Positions 10,406-19,539 of a DNA stretch of 64,000 bases are shown here, in pieces. Under the pieces are notes generated by a model, which saw nothing but the letters and a program-made list of their open reading frames with translations, made no database searches and was not told where the DNA came from. Within the stretch, counting starts at the first letter, position 1, and every line of letters begins with the position of its first letter. Position numbers and translations under genes: made by a program. This DNA comes from Vicinamibacteria bacterium (GTDB lineage Bacteria > Acidobacteriota > Vicinamibacteria > Marinacidobacterales > Marinacidobacteraceae): positions 1,024,001-1,088,000 of the forward strand of contig OZ219816.1 in the NCBI GenBank assembly GCA_964291235.2. The letters are read 5' to 3'.

Positions 10406-11173
10406 CTACAGGGGCCGCAGCTCCGTCTCCGTCGCGTTGGCTGTCGGCGCTGACCCGCGCCGCGGCTCCAGAATGGTCACCAGTACCTTGAGGGTCGCCA
10501 GGAAAGCGGCGAGGGGCGGACCCGAAGAGTCTCCCCGGGGCACTTGCCGGCTCGAAACGGGAACCTCCACCGAGGGAACCCGGGCTCGGGCGGCACTCAC
10601 CTGCATCTCGGCAAGCCAGCCGTAGTCCGGGTCCGAGAGTCCCCACCGGACGAGATTCGGCCAGCGAACCGCCCGAAAGGGCCCCAGGTCGGTGAAGCGA
10701 TAGCCGTAGCGGAGGAGGACGAGACCGGTCGCGATCCAGTGCCCGAACCGAACCAGGCCCGGATAGGTCCCCGGCTCCGGTTCCCCGCGGCTCCGCGACC
10801 CCACGACGAAGTCCACCCCCGGGGAAAGCAGCGGAGAGAGCACCGCGGGCAATTCCTCGGCGTCATCGGCGCCATTTCCGCGGAGAAACACCACGACGTC
10901 CGGAGGGGCTTCGGCGAGATGGGCCATCCCCGCCAGGCAGGCGCGCCCGTACCCCGGGCGCTTCTCCTCCACCGCTGTCGCCCCATAACGCCGGGCCGTC
11001 TCGACGATGCCGGTGTCCGGTGGTCCGACGACCACGACTTCCCGCAGATGGCCGTGCGGGAGAGCCCCGAGCACCCGGGAAAGCCGCGGTCCGCCGCCGG
11101 GTGCGGGAATGATCGCCGCCGTTCGCAAGTCAGGAGCCCGAGGACCGGACGACGTGAGCGCCGAGGGGCGCAA
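10406..11173 (-). CDS. Glycosyltransferase family 2
   Basis: GYGRACLAG, DFVVGSR, TDLGPFRA, YGWLAEMQ; N-terminal motifs and DxD degenerate; start uncertain. Confidence 0.8.
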   Translation of the reverse strand: MRPSALTSSGPRAPDLRTAAIIPAPGGGPRLSRVLGALPHGHLREVVVVGPPDTGIVETARRYGATAVEEKRPGYGRACLAGMAHLAEAPPDVVVFLRGNGADDAEELPAVLSPLLSPGVDFVVGSRSRGEPEPGTYPGLVRFGHWIATGLVLLRYGYRFTDLGPFRAVRWPNLVRWGLSDPDYGWLAEMQVSAARARVPSVEVPVSSRQVPRGDSSGPPLAAFLATLKVLVTILEPRRGSAPTANATETELRPL

Positions 11174-11179
11174 GGCCCG

Positions 11180-11332
11180 GTTCTCCCGGTGGGGGTCTGA
11201 TGGATCGGACGCACGAGGGAGAAATACCGAATGTCCTTCGACCGAAACAAAACGATGATGGACGCGAAGGCGCGTGGTTCGGCCGGGAGGGTTCGCCGGC
11301 CGAACACCGCATGACTATGTGCACAGGCTGCT
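11180..11332 (-). mobile_element. Degenerate MITE copy (family A)
   Basis: Contains GTTCTCCCGGTGGGGG, GAGGGAGAAATACCGA, TTCGACCGAAAC..AACGATGA and the end CACAGGCTGCT; matches the reverse complement of 30339-30667. Confidence 0.7.
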
Positions 11333-11371
11333 GAATCTTTGCGGGGCAGTATATGGGCCGGTTCCCGTAGG

Positions 11372-13015
11372 ATGGACTCCGTGAGCGACTTGTGGATCCG
11401 ACTTCGAATTGTCGTGTTGGCCGGGACGGCGTTCGCCGCCGCCTGTGCGGGCGGACCTGTGCCACCCGCCGAGGAGGGATCCGCGGTGGTCTTCCGCGGT
11501 GGCCAGATCCTCGACGGAACCGGGAACCCGTGGTACCGGGGCGATGTGCTGGTGGTCGGAGACCGCATCGCCCGGGTCGGCGTCATTCCGGCCGAAGCGC
11601 TTCCGGCGGGGACGCGCGCGGTGGAGGCGGCGGGGCTCACCATCATGCCCGGCTTCATCGATCCGCACTCGCATGCCGGCCCGGGGCTCACCACTCCCGA
11701 ACTCCGCGCCGGCGAACCCGTCATCCGGCAGGGCATCACTACCGTGATGGTGAATCCGGACGGAGGTGGCGAGGTCGATCTGGCGGAGCAGGGCCGCCGC
11801 CTCAGCGAAGGCGGCATCGGCGTCCACGTCGCCCTGATGATCGGCCACGGAGCGGTTCGTCGCGAAGTGCTCGGGATGGAGGATCGGCCGCCGACCGAGG
11901 AGGAACTCGAGCGGATGGCCGGGCTCGTGCGCGCCGGGATGGCGGCCGGGGCATTCGGGATGACCGGAGGCCTCTACTACGCCCCCGGGAGTTACGCCGC
12001 GAATGACGAAGTGGTGCGCCTCGCGGCGGAGATCGCGCCGTTCGGCTCCTTCATCAGTCACATTCGCGATGAGAGCGACTACAACATCGGCCTGGTCGCG
12101 GCCGTGGGGGAGGTCATCGAGGTCGCCGAGACCCACGGCATCCGCGGGGTGGTGACCCACTTCAAGGCGCTGGGGCCTCCGGTGTGGGGGTTGAGCCGGG
12201 AGGCGACCGCGGCGATCGACGCGGCGCGAGCCCGGGGGGTTGAGGTTTTCGCCGACCAGTACCCGTATGAGGCGTCCGGAACCAGCATCGTTGGGGCGCT
12301 CGTTCCCCGCTGGGCGCTCGCGGGCGAAACGATGCCGGGAATGCCCTCCCCCCTCGAGAACAGGCTGGCGAGTCCCTCGGAACGGGCTCGCCTGAGCGCC
12401 GACATGCTGGTGGCGCTGGAGCGGCGGGGCGGGGCCGAAACGCTCCTCCTGTCGCGGCACCGCGCCGATACCTCGCTCGAAGGGCGATACCTGAGCGACC
12501 TGGGGGAGGAGTGGGGTCTGGAGCCCATCGATGCGGCGCTTCGCCTCCTCGGTGCCGGCGGCGCCGGGCTCGTGTCCTTCAACATGTCGGAAGAGGACAT
12601 CGCGCACATCATGTCGCGCGAGTGGACGATGGGCTCGTCGGACGGCGGTCTGGTCCCGGCTGGCGAAGGACGGCCGCACCCGCGCTACTACGGCGCCTTT
12701 CCGCGGCGCATCGCGCGCTACGTGCGCGAGCGGGGAGTGCTCACGCTTCCCGAAGCGGTTCGGGGGATGACGAGCCTGCCGGCGACCGTATTCCGCATGC
12801 ACGACCGGGGACAGGTGGCCCCGGGGCGGATCGCCGATCTGCTCGTGGTGGATGTCGAGGCGTTTCGCGACGCCGCCACCTACGAGGACCCTCACGCCCT
12901 CGCCGAGGGAATCGTGCACGCCCTGGTGGCCGGGGTTTTTGCGATCGACAACGGGGAGGCGACGGGAGCGCTCGCCGGGCGGGTGCTGACCCCGCACTGG
13001 CTTGACAGCGAATGA
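11372..13015 (+). CDS. N-acyl-D-amino-acid deacylase family amidohydrolase, possible lipoprotein
   Basis: PGFIDPHSH, QGITTV, GLYYAPG, SHIRDE, DQYPY, HPRYYGAFPR; AAAC lipobox-like sequence. Confidence 0.9.
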   Translation: MDSVSDLWIRLRIVVLAGTAFAAACAGGPVPPAEEGSAVVFRGGQILDGTGNPWYRGDVLVVGDRIARVGVIPAEALPAGTRAVEAAGLTIMPGFIDPHSHAGPGLTTPELRAGEPVIRQGITTVMVNPDGGGEVDLAEQGRRLSEGGIGVHVALMIGHGAVRREVLGMEDRPPTEEELERMAGLVRAGMAAGAFGMTGGLYYAPGSYAANDEVVRLAAEIAPFGSFISHIRDESDYNIGLVAAVGEVIEVAETHGIRGVVTHFKALGPPVWGLSREATAAIDAARARGVEVFADQYPYEASGTSIVGALVPRWALAGETMPGMPSPLENRLASPSERARLSADMLVALERRGGAETLLLSRHRADTSLEGRYLSDLGEEWGLEPIDAALRLLGAGGAGLVSFNMSEEDIAHIMSREWTMGSSDGGLVPAGEGRPHPRYYGAFPRRIARYVRERGVLTLPEAVRGMTSLPATVFRMHDRGQVAPGRIADLLVVDVEAFRDAATYEDPHALAEGIVHALVAGVFAIDNGEATGALAGRVLTPHWLDSE

Positions 13016-13049
13016 GCCACGCTACGGTTCCGGCCCGGAGGTAAACCTC

Positions 13050-14432
13050 GTGACACGTGAATCCGCGATCGCCGAGACCATCCTCGATACGGTCGGGGAC
13101 ACGCCGCTGGTCGGGCTGCGGCGGATCGGCCAGGGACTTCCCGGCCGGGTCGCGGTGAAGATGGAGTCCTTCAATCCCGGCGGCTCCGTGAAGGACCGGA
13201 TCGCGATCTCCATCGTGGAGGACGCGGAGCGCCGCGGCGATCTGAAGCCCGGCGGGACGATCATCGAGGGGACCTCGGGCAACACCGGGATGGGTCTCGC
13301 GCTGGTTGCCGCGGTGAAGGGGTACCGCTCCATCTTCGTGATGCCGGACAAGATGAGCGACGAGAAGATCCGGGCGCTCCGGGCGCTCGGCGCCGAGGTG
13401 GTGGTGACCCCGACTGCGGTGGAACCCGAAGATCCGCGCAGCTACTACAGCGTGGCCAAGCGTCTGGTTGATGAGACCCCCGGCGCGCTCTACGCCAACC
13501 AGTACCACAACCCTGTAAATCCCGAGACCCACTACCGGACGACCGGACCGGAACTGTGGGGACAGGTCGGCCCCGAAATCCACACGCTGGTCTGCGGGCT
13601 CGGGACCGGAGGCACCATCACGGGCACCGGCCGTTACCTGAAGGAACAGAATCCGGAGATCCGGGTGGTTGGCGCCGACCCGGTCGGCTCGCTCTACGAC
13701 GAGTACTTCCGCACCGGAAAGATCGGCGAGGCCCGCAGCTACAAGGTGGAAGGGATCGGCGAGGACTTCATCCCTTCCACCATCGACTTCGCGGTGGTGG
13801 ACGAGGTGATCCAGGTCACCGACCGGGACTCCTTCGTGATGACCCGGCGCCTGGCCCGCGAAGAGGGGCTCTTCGTCGGCGGCTCGGCGGGCACCGCGAT
13901 GGTTGCGGCGCTCGAAGCGGCTTCCCGGGTACCGCCGGGCGCGCTCGTCGTGGTGCTGGCTCCCGACGCCGGGGGGCGGTACCTGTCCAAGATCTTCAGC
14001 GACGACTGGATGCGCCAGAACGGCTTCCTCGAAACCGCCCGGGACGGCGCGAGGGTGGGCGATGTTCTCGCCTCGAAGGGGGGACAGGAGATCCTCAGTG
14101 TTCCGGAGAGCGCAGGTGTCCGGGAAGTGGTCGCGCTGATGCGAAAGCACGACGTCTCCCAGCTTCCCGTGCGGGACGACAGCGGCTTCACCGGGGTGGT
14201 CACGGAGGCTTCGCTTCTGGATGGCCTCTTCTCCGGAGGGGTCGGACGGAGTGATCCGATCCGCGCCTTCGTAAAGACGGACAAGATCGCGTCCGTGGAT
14301 GCGGGAAGCCCGCTTGAAGAGCTGGCCCAGATCTTTGCCGGCGGCCGTATTACGGTAGTGACCGAGGCCGGACGGGCCGTCGGCCTCCTCACCCCGATCG
14401 ACCTGCTCGACTACCTCTCGCGGGAGGGTTAG
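13050..14432 (+). CDS. cbs: Cystathionine beta-synthase with C-terminal CBS domains
   Basis: GTG after GGAGG; KMESFNPGGSVKDRIA, TSGNTG, GTGGT, YKVEGIGEDF, YLSKIFSDDWM, then CBS pair. Confidence 0.9.
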   Translation: MTRESAIAETILDTVGDTPLVGLRRIGQGLPGRVAVKMESFNPGGSVKDRIAISIVEDAERRGDLKPGGTIIEGTSGNTGMGLALVAAVKGYRSIFVMPDKMSDEKIRALRALGAEVVVTPTAVEPEDPRSYYSVAKRLVDETPGALYANQYHNPVNPETHYRTTGPELWGQVGPEIHTLVCGLGTGGTITGTGRYLKEQNPEIRVVGADPVGSLYDEYFRTGKIGEARSYKVEGIGEDFIPSTIDFAVVDEVIQVTDRDSFVMTRRLAREEGLFVGGSAGTAMVAALEAASRVPPGALVVVLAPDAGGRYLSKIFSDDWMRQNGFLETARDGARVGDVLASKGGQEILSVPESAGVREVVALMRKHDVSQLPVRDDSGFTGVVTEASLLDGLFSGGVGRSDPIRAFVKTDKIASVDAGSPLEELAQIFAGGRITVVTEAGRAVGLLTPIDLLDYLSREG

Positions 14433-14632
14433 CAGCCTGGGGCATACCCCACGCGGCCCAGTTCTCCCGGTGGGGGCTCGACGGGCGATGCATCCCGGCG
14501 GAATCGCGCCTCTAGGAGGCGCTCATCGTTGCGTTTCCGTCGAAACAAACTCGGTATTCCTCCCTCACGCGCCTGGTCAGCCAGGCGCCTCACCCGTCTG
14601 TTGACTCGTGTGAGTTTCACCACGGGCTGCTA
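14430..14632 (+). mobile_element. MITE (family A) with terminal inverted repeats
   Basis: TAGCAGCCTGGGG...CCACGGGCTGCTA; flanked by T|TA and TA|A; overlaps the cbs stop codon. Confidence 0.8.
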
Positions 14633-14648
14633 AGAGCGGCAGCTCCGC

Positions 14649-16253
14649 TTACATCCGCCGCCAGCGGGGACCCGCGCCGCCCTCGCGCGGAGTCCATCGC
14701 GGACCGAAGACATCGGCGGCCCGGCAGTCCACGCAGTTCGAGGGGTTGACCGTCAACCCGTCGTCGCGGACCTCGTACACCCCGGCCGGGCAGATGCGTT
14801 CCCAAAGGGCCCCGGTTTCCGGCGGCACCTCGTCGGGAAGCACGAGATGGGAGGGGATGTCGTCCCGCGTGTTGTTTCCGGAACGGAAGACGCCGTCGAG
14901 CTTCGAAAACGGCGGGGCGGGGACGGACTCGGGCGCCCGTCGGGTCCGCGCCACATCCTCCTCCACCGCGATCGTGCCGCGGGGAAGCGCTCCGGCGGTC
15001 AGCGTCGCGAGTCCGGAGACCAGCGCCCCGCGGAAGAAGCCGCGCTGAAACGCCGGCCGCATGTTCCGGTTGCGTCTCAGGTCGAGGAGGATCTCGCTGT
15101 CCTGCAGCGAGGCGTCATACATCGAAAGCGGAACTCTCGCCCGCAGGTGCGCCATCGCCGCATCGGCGGCCAGGATTCCCGAGAGCATCGCGTAGTGAAT
15201 CCCCTTCAGCGATGGAACGTCCACGAATCCGGCGCTGTCCCCGACGAGCAGGAGTCCCTCTCCCGAAACGCGCTCGGGGAGCGACCCGAAACCCCCTTCG
15301 GGAATCAGGCGGGCGCCCCACTCGAGGCATTCCCCGTCCCGAAGATGAGGCTGGATCCGCGGATGCGCCTTCAACAACTGCAGGGCCCGGTGCGCATCGA
15401 GCGCCTCCGTCGGCGCATCCAGCCCGACCACCATGCCCACCGCCGAGAGGCTCTCACCCATCGGATACAGGAAACCGCCCCCGAACGCCGATCGGGGCAG
15501 CGGGTATCCCATCGTGTGGATCACCCGGTCCGGAGGGTTCTCCGACTTCCAGAGTTCTTTTACCCCCAGCGCAAAGATGGACGGATTCGGCGAAGAAATG
15601 CCGAGCCGCTCACGCCACGCCAGTCCCAACGGGCCGCGAGCCCCCTCGGCAAGGATGACCACCCGCGCCGCGATCTCGGTGGAAGGTTCGAAGCCCGGCC
15701 CGGGAGAGCCGTCCTTCCGCCGGCCGGCGGGCACGGTCTCGAGCCCGACCACCCGGTTGTCCTGCATCAGCAAGGAGCCGATCGCAAATCCGGGAAATAT
15801 CTCGACTCCGAGGGTTTCCGCCCGCTCACCGAGCCAGCGGGTGATCTCCGAGAGGGAGGCCGTGAAGAAGCCGTGGTTCCGCATGGTGGGCGGCGTCGGT
15901 ATCCGGATCCCGCGGCGGGCGGTGAGGAAGTGAACGCTCTCGCGGCGGACGCGCTCGCGGAACGGGAACGCGTCCTCCTCGAGATCGGGGAACAGTTCCC
16001 GGAACCCGACCGGGTTGACGACCGCTCCCGAAAGGGAGTGTCCTCCGAGTTCTCCGGCTTTTTCGAAGACGCAGATGGACAGTTCCTGGCCCGCCGTTCT
16101 GGCGGTCTGCGCCAGGCGGATCGCGGTGGCCAGTCCCGCCGGCCCGCCACCCACGATGGCGACGTCGAAGGGCAGGGACTCGGGACCGGGCGTTCGGTCG
16201 GCCAGCAACCGACCGAGGGGAAGCGGGGGCCGCGTTCTCCCGAGATCGATCAT
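14649..16253 (-). CDS. Electron-transfer flavoprotein:quinone oxidoreductase (ETF-QO/FixCX-like)
   Basis: GGGPAGL, GHSLSGAV, ALGVKELW, LKGIHYAM, CPAGVYE...NCVDC; ATGA overlap with the upstream gene. Confidence 0.92.
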   Translation of the reverse strand: MIDLGRTRPPLPLGRLLADRTPGPESLPFDVAIVGGGPAGLATAIRLAQTARTAGQELSICVFEKAGELGGHSLSGAVVNPVGFRELFPDLEEDAFPFRERVRRESVHFLTARRGIRIPTPPTMRNHGFFTASLSEITRWLGERAETLGVEIFPGFAIGSLLMQDNRVVGLETVPAGRRKDGSPGPGFEPSTEIAARVVILAEGARGPLGLAWRERLGISSPNPSIFALGVKELWKSENPPDRVIHTMGYPLPRSAFGGGFLYPMGESLSAVGMVVGLDAPTEALDAHRALQLLKAHPRIQPHLRDGECLEWGARLIPEGGFGSLPERVSGEGLLLVGDSAGFVDVPSLKGIHYAMLSGILAADAAMAHLRARVPLSMYDASLQDSEILLDLRRNRNMRPAFQRGFFRGALVSGLATLTAGALPRGTIAVEEDVARTRRAPESVPAPPFSKLDGVFRSGNNTRDDIPSHLVLPDEVPPETGALWERICPAGVYEVRDDGLTVNPSNCVDCRAADVFGPRWTPREGGAGPRWRRM

Positions 16254-18193
16254 CCGCCGAACCGTTCGGGATCCCAGCCCAGACCGAGCGCCGAAGGCGG
16301 GGCGATGTAGCCGAGCAGGGCGGACGCCGCCACCACGGCCGGGCTCGCCAGATACCCCTCGCCGCCCCGGCCCATACGGTTCTCCCAATTCCGGTTGAAG
16401 GAGGTGATCGCCCGCATTCCCGGGCGAAGGGCGTCTTCCCCCTGTCCGAAGCAGGGCCCGCACCACGAAGCCCGGATTTCGCCGCCCACCGAACGGAGGA
16501 TGGAGGCGATCGCCTCTCCCCCGAGCCGTGGCTCGCCTCGTTCGATCTGCTTCCGGACGCCGCCCGATCCCGGAAAGATCACGAACTTCTCCCGCGCCCG
16601 GTCGTGTCCTTTTTCGCGGGCGGCGCGCACGACCTGGGCGGCGGACAACAGATCCTCGTAGCTGCCGTTCGTGCAGGAACCGATGTAGGCGCGATCGAAT
16701 CCGAGCCGACTCTCCGCGACTTCGGCCGCCGGGCGGGTGTTGCCGGGTGCGGACGGAAGCGCCACCAGGGGTTCCACGGTGGCCAGGTCGAACACCTCTT
16801 CGGCGGCGAAACGCGCGGACCTCCCGCTCGCGAGGCGGGGGTAGGGGAGATCCTGGATTCCTCGACCTTCGAAGAATCCGGCGGTGACCTCGTCAAAGGG
16901 GAAGATCCCGTTCCACGCCTCCGCCTCCGCCATCATGTTGCAGACCGTGTTGCGCCACGCGATCGGGAGGGCGCCGTTCGGATCCACGAATTCCACGGAG
17001 TTTCCGGCAGCCGCCCCGTTCCACCTCGAAATGAGCGCCAGCACGACGTCCTTCCCGGACGACCAGGGCGGGATCTCGCCGGTCAGGACCACCCGGCGGG
17101 CCGGCGCCGGAGTGAGGAGGACGCTACCCGTGGCCCAGCCGAAGCCGAGCGCGCTCGATCCGATCCCGACGCCGAGCGCGCCGTAGGCGCCGTAGGCGCG
17201 GCTGTGACTGTCGGCGCCGGGGATCACGGCGCCGGGCATCACGAGCCCCTGCTCGGGAAAGTAGAAGTGGAAGATCCCGTCTCCCGGAGTTGCGAACCAC
17301 GGAGGGTGGAGGTTCTCGATTTCGGCGAATTTTCGACTGATTTCGGTCTGCCGGTCGTCCGCCTCACGCCCGGTGAAGACGAAATGGTCGTTGGCGATGG
17401 CGGCCTGTCGGGGATAGCTGGCGCCTCCGGTGATTTCGCGGAAGGTGTGGATGGCGAAGGGCGCGGTGCCGTCGGAGGCGGGCAGGAGGTCCGCCGTCAC
17501 CAGGATGCTCTCCCCGACCGCGACCGGAGCCTGCCGATCCACCCGGTGGGCCCAGAGGATCTGTTCGGTCGTGGTAAGCCGGTGGCGCGCTCTTGGAGCG
17601 GGCCATTCGATTTGGGGCTCGGTGGCTACGGAAGCCAGGAATTCCCGGCGCCCGGCGGTGAGGATGCCGCCGCTTGCCCGAAGGTCGCTTTCGCGCCCGC
17701 TAAGCGGTTTGGGTTCGTAGGAACGGCCGAGCGAGTCGTTCGTGAGCCGGCGCGTCGCCGGAAGGAAGGTGAACCGGTGGCCATCCCGCGCGTCCTCGGC
17801 CGCGGCGGGGCATTCCAGCACCTCGAGGCCCAGGTTCAGGGCATTTCGGCGGAAGATGTCACCGACTCCGCGGCCGAGTACGAGCACCAGCGTAGTGCCG
17901 GCATCCCGCGCGATTCCGAGAAGGCCCGCGGGGCTCATCTCCCTCGAGGAGCCGATGCCGAACCGCTCTCCCGCGACCACGAAGTTCTGTCCGGACCGGA
18001 CGCGGGCCGCAAAGTCGGGCATCAGGTGGCGAAAGGCGCCGGCTTTCCACCGCGCGTCGAGAGCGTCCAGACTCTCGGAAACGCAATCGGCGGAAGGCGT
18101 GATCTGGTCGGTGTCGATCGCGTCGCGCTTTCTGCCGGGGCGTTTCGCGTCCCAGAAGATGAGCGCCTCTCCGGTCACGGGAGTCGCCGACAC
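16250..18193 (-). CDS. Aconitase-family dehydratase: LeuD-like swivel domain fused N-terminally to a LeuC-like Fe-S domain
   Basis: IDTDQITP, FGIGSSRE, IFRRNALNLGL; then TTTEQIL, DHFVF, GADSHS, IGSCTNG, CGPCFG, FNRNW, YLASPAVVAASA; start uncertain. Confidence 0.85.
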   Translation of the reverse strand: MSATPVTGEALIFWDAKRPGRKRDAIDTDQITPSADCVSESLDALDARWKAGAFRHLMPDFAARVRSGQNFVVAGERFGIGSSREMSPAGLLGIARDAGTTLVLVLGRGVGDIFRRNALNLGLEVLECPAAAEDARDGHRFTFLPATRRLTNDSLGRSYEPKPLSGRESDLRASGGILTAGRREFLASVATEPQIEWPAPRARHRLTTTEQILWAHRVDRQAPVAVGESILVTADLLPASDGTAPFAIHTFREITGGASYPRQAAIANDHFVFTGREADDRQTEISRKFAEIENLHPPWFATPGDGIFHFYFPEQGLVMPGAVIPGADSHSRAYGAYGALGVGIGSSALGFGWATGSVLLTPAPARRVVLTGEIPPWSSGKDVVLALISRWNGAAAGNSVEFVDPNGALPIAWRNTVCNMMAEAEAWNGIFPFDEVTAGFFEGRGIQDLPYPRLASGRSARFAAEEVFDLATVEPLVALPSAPGNTRPAAEVAESRLGFDRAYIGSCTNGSYEDLLSAAQVVRAAREKGHDRAREKFVIFPGSGGVRKQIERGEPRLGGEAIASILRSVGGEIRASWCGPCFGQGEDALRPGMRAITSFNRNWENRMGRGGEGYLASPAVVAASALLGYIAPPSALGLGWDPERFGG

Positions 18194-18365
18194 CGACGCG
18201 CGCTGATCGCCGGCGGCCGGCGGGAGCGGCACGCCGGGCTTTCTCCGTCCGGGCTGAATGCGCACGGTTTTGAGTATAGAGACTGCCCGCGGAGGAGTTC
18301 CGTCGCCCCCCAGCACGCTCCGGATGATCGAAACCGGGGCTGCGGTCACTAGAATCCGCCCCGTC

Positions 18366-19532
18366 TTGGGGCGTTCCTCTTTGCTGTTGCTAGCCGGGTT
18401 GGTGGCCTTGGCCCCCTTGACGGCAGTCGCGGGGCAGTCGTCCCCGGCGCCGCCTCAAGAGGCAGCGCCTCTGCCCATCTTCCTGCTGACGATGGGCCCC
18501 GACCATTCCGTGATCTTTCGCAAGTGGGGACACTCGGCCCTCTGCGTCGGGGATCAGTGCCTGAACTACGGGGTTACCGATTTCTCGCGGCCGCTGGGGC
18601 TGGTCCGGGATGTCCTGGAAGGCAAAGCCGTGTTCTGGGTCTCCGTCTCCCGCTACCAGGATCTGGTGGCGGCCTATGCCCTCCATGACCGGAGCATCTT
18701 TCGACAGGATCTCGAACTCTCCGTCGAGGCGCGGCAGGCGCTCCTTGCCCGCGTGGCCCATGACGTGGTGCCGGGCCAGAGCGACTACATCTACGACCAC
18801 TTTCACGACAACTGCACCACCCGCATTCGCGACTATCTCGACGAAGCCACCTCCGGCCGTCTCCGGGAACCGATCGCGCTGCCGACTCCCTTCACGGCCC
18901 CCGGCGAGGAGCCCACGTTTCGGGGCCACATTCGCCGCGGTCTCTACGGGGATCCCTTCCTGCTCTGGCTCACCGATGTCGGAGTGGGTTCGATCGTCGA
19001 TGAGCCCGTGTCGTCCTTCGATGCCATGTTCCTGCCCGGTGCGCTGCGCCACGGGGTGGAGCAGGCATTCGATGCAGCGCCGACGAGACTCCACACGGGA
19101 ACCTATGGTGACCTCCTGCCTCCCGACCCGGGAAGCGGTCCCTATCTCCCGTGGCTCCTGGGAATCGGGCTCCTCCTGAGCGTGCTCATCCTGGCGCCGG
19201 GCGCGGCGGCCGTGCCGCGGCTCGCGATCGGCGCGACGGCGTTCGTGACGACACTCGTGGGAGTGGTGGCCGCGGCCGTGCTTCTCATGAGCCCGCCTCC
19301 CGAATTCCGCACCAGTCTCGTCGCTTTCGCCATTCCGGCCAGCGACTTCCTGCTCGCCACCCGCCACGCGCGCTGGTACGCGCCGCTCCGGCTCGTGTGG
19401 GGTGCCGGGTTCCTGGTGGCCCTCGTTGCGGGTGTCCTGCGTCAGCCTCTCGGCTGGACCGTGCTCGCTACCCTCCTCCCGGTGGCCGCCATCGCGTGGC
19501 GCCAGCGACGGCCGGCGAATGCCGCCGCCTGA
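18366..19532 (+). CDS. DUF4105 (Lnb-type) membrane protein
   Basis: LLTMGP, WGHSAL, NYG, YIYDHFHDNCTTRIRD, MFLP, C-terminal TM helices; start inferred downstream of a TAGAAT. Confidence 0.75.
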   Translation: MGRSSLLLLAGLVALAPLTAVAGQSSPAPPQEAAPLPIFLLTMGPDHSVIFRKWGHSALCVGDQCLNYGVTDFSRPLGLVRDVLEGKAVFWVSVSRYQDLVAAYALHDRSIFRQDLELSVEARQALLARVAHDVVPGQSDYIYDHFHDNCTTRIRDYLDEATSGRLREPIALPTPFTAPGEEPTFRGHIRRGLYGDPFLLWLTDVGVGSIVDEPVSSFDAMFLPGALRHGVEQAFDAAPTRLHTGTYGDLLPPDPGSGPYLPWLLGIGLLLSVLILAPGAAAVPRLAIGATAFVTTLVGVVAAAVLLMSPPPEFRTSLVAFAIPASDFLLATRHARWYAPLRLVWGAGFLVALVAGVLRQPLGWTVLATLLPVAAIAWRQRRPANAAA

Positions 19533-19539
19533 TCCTTCC

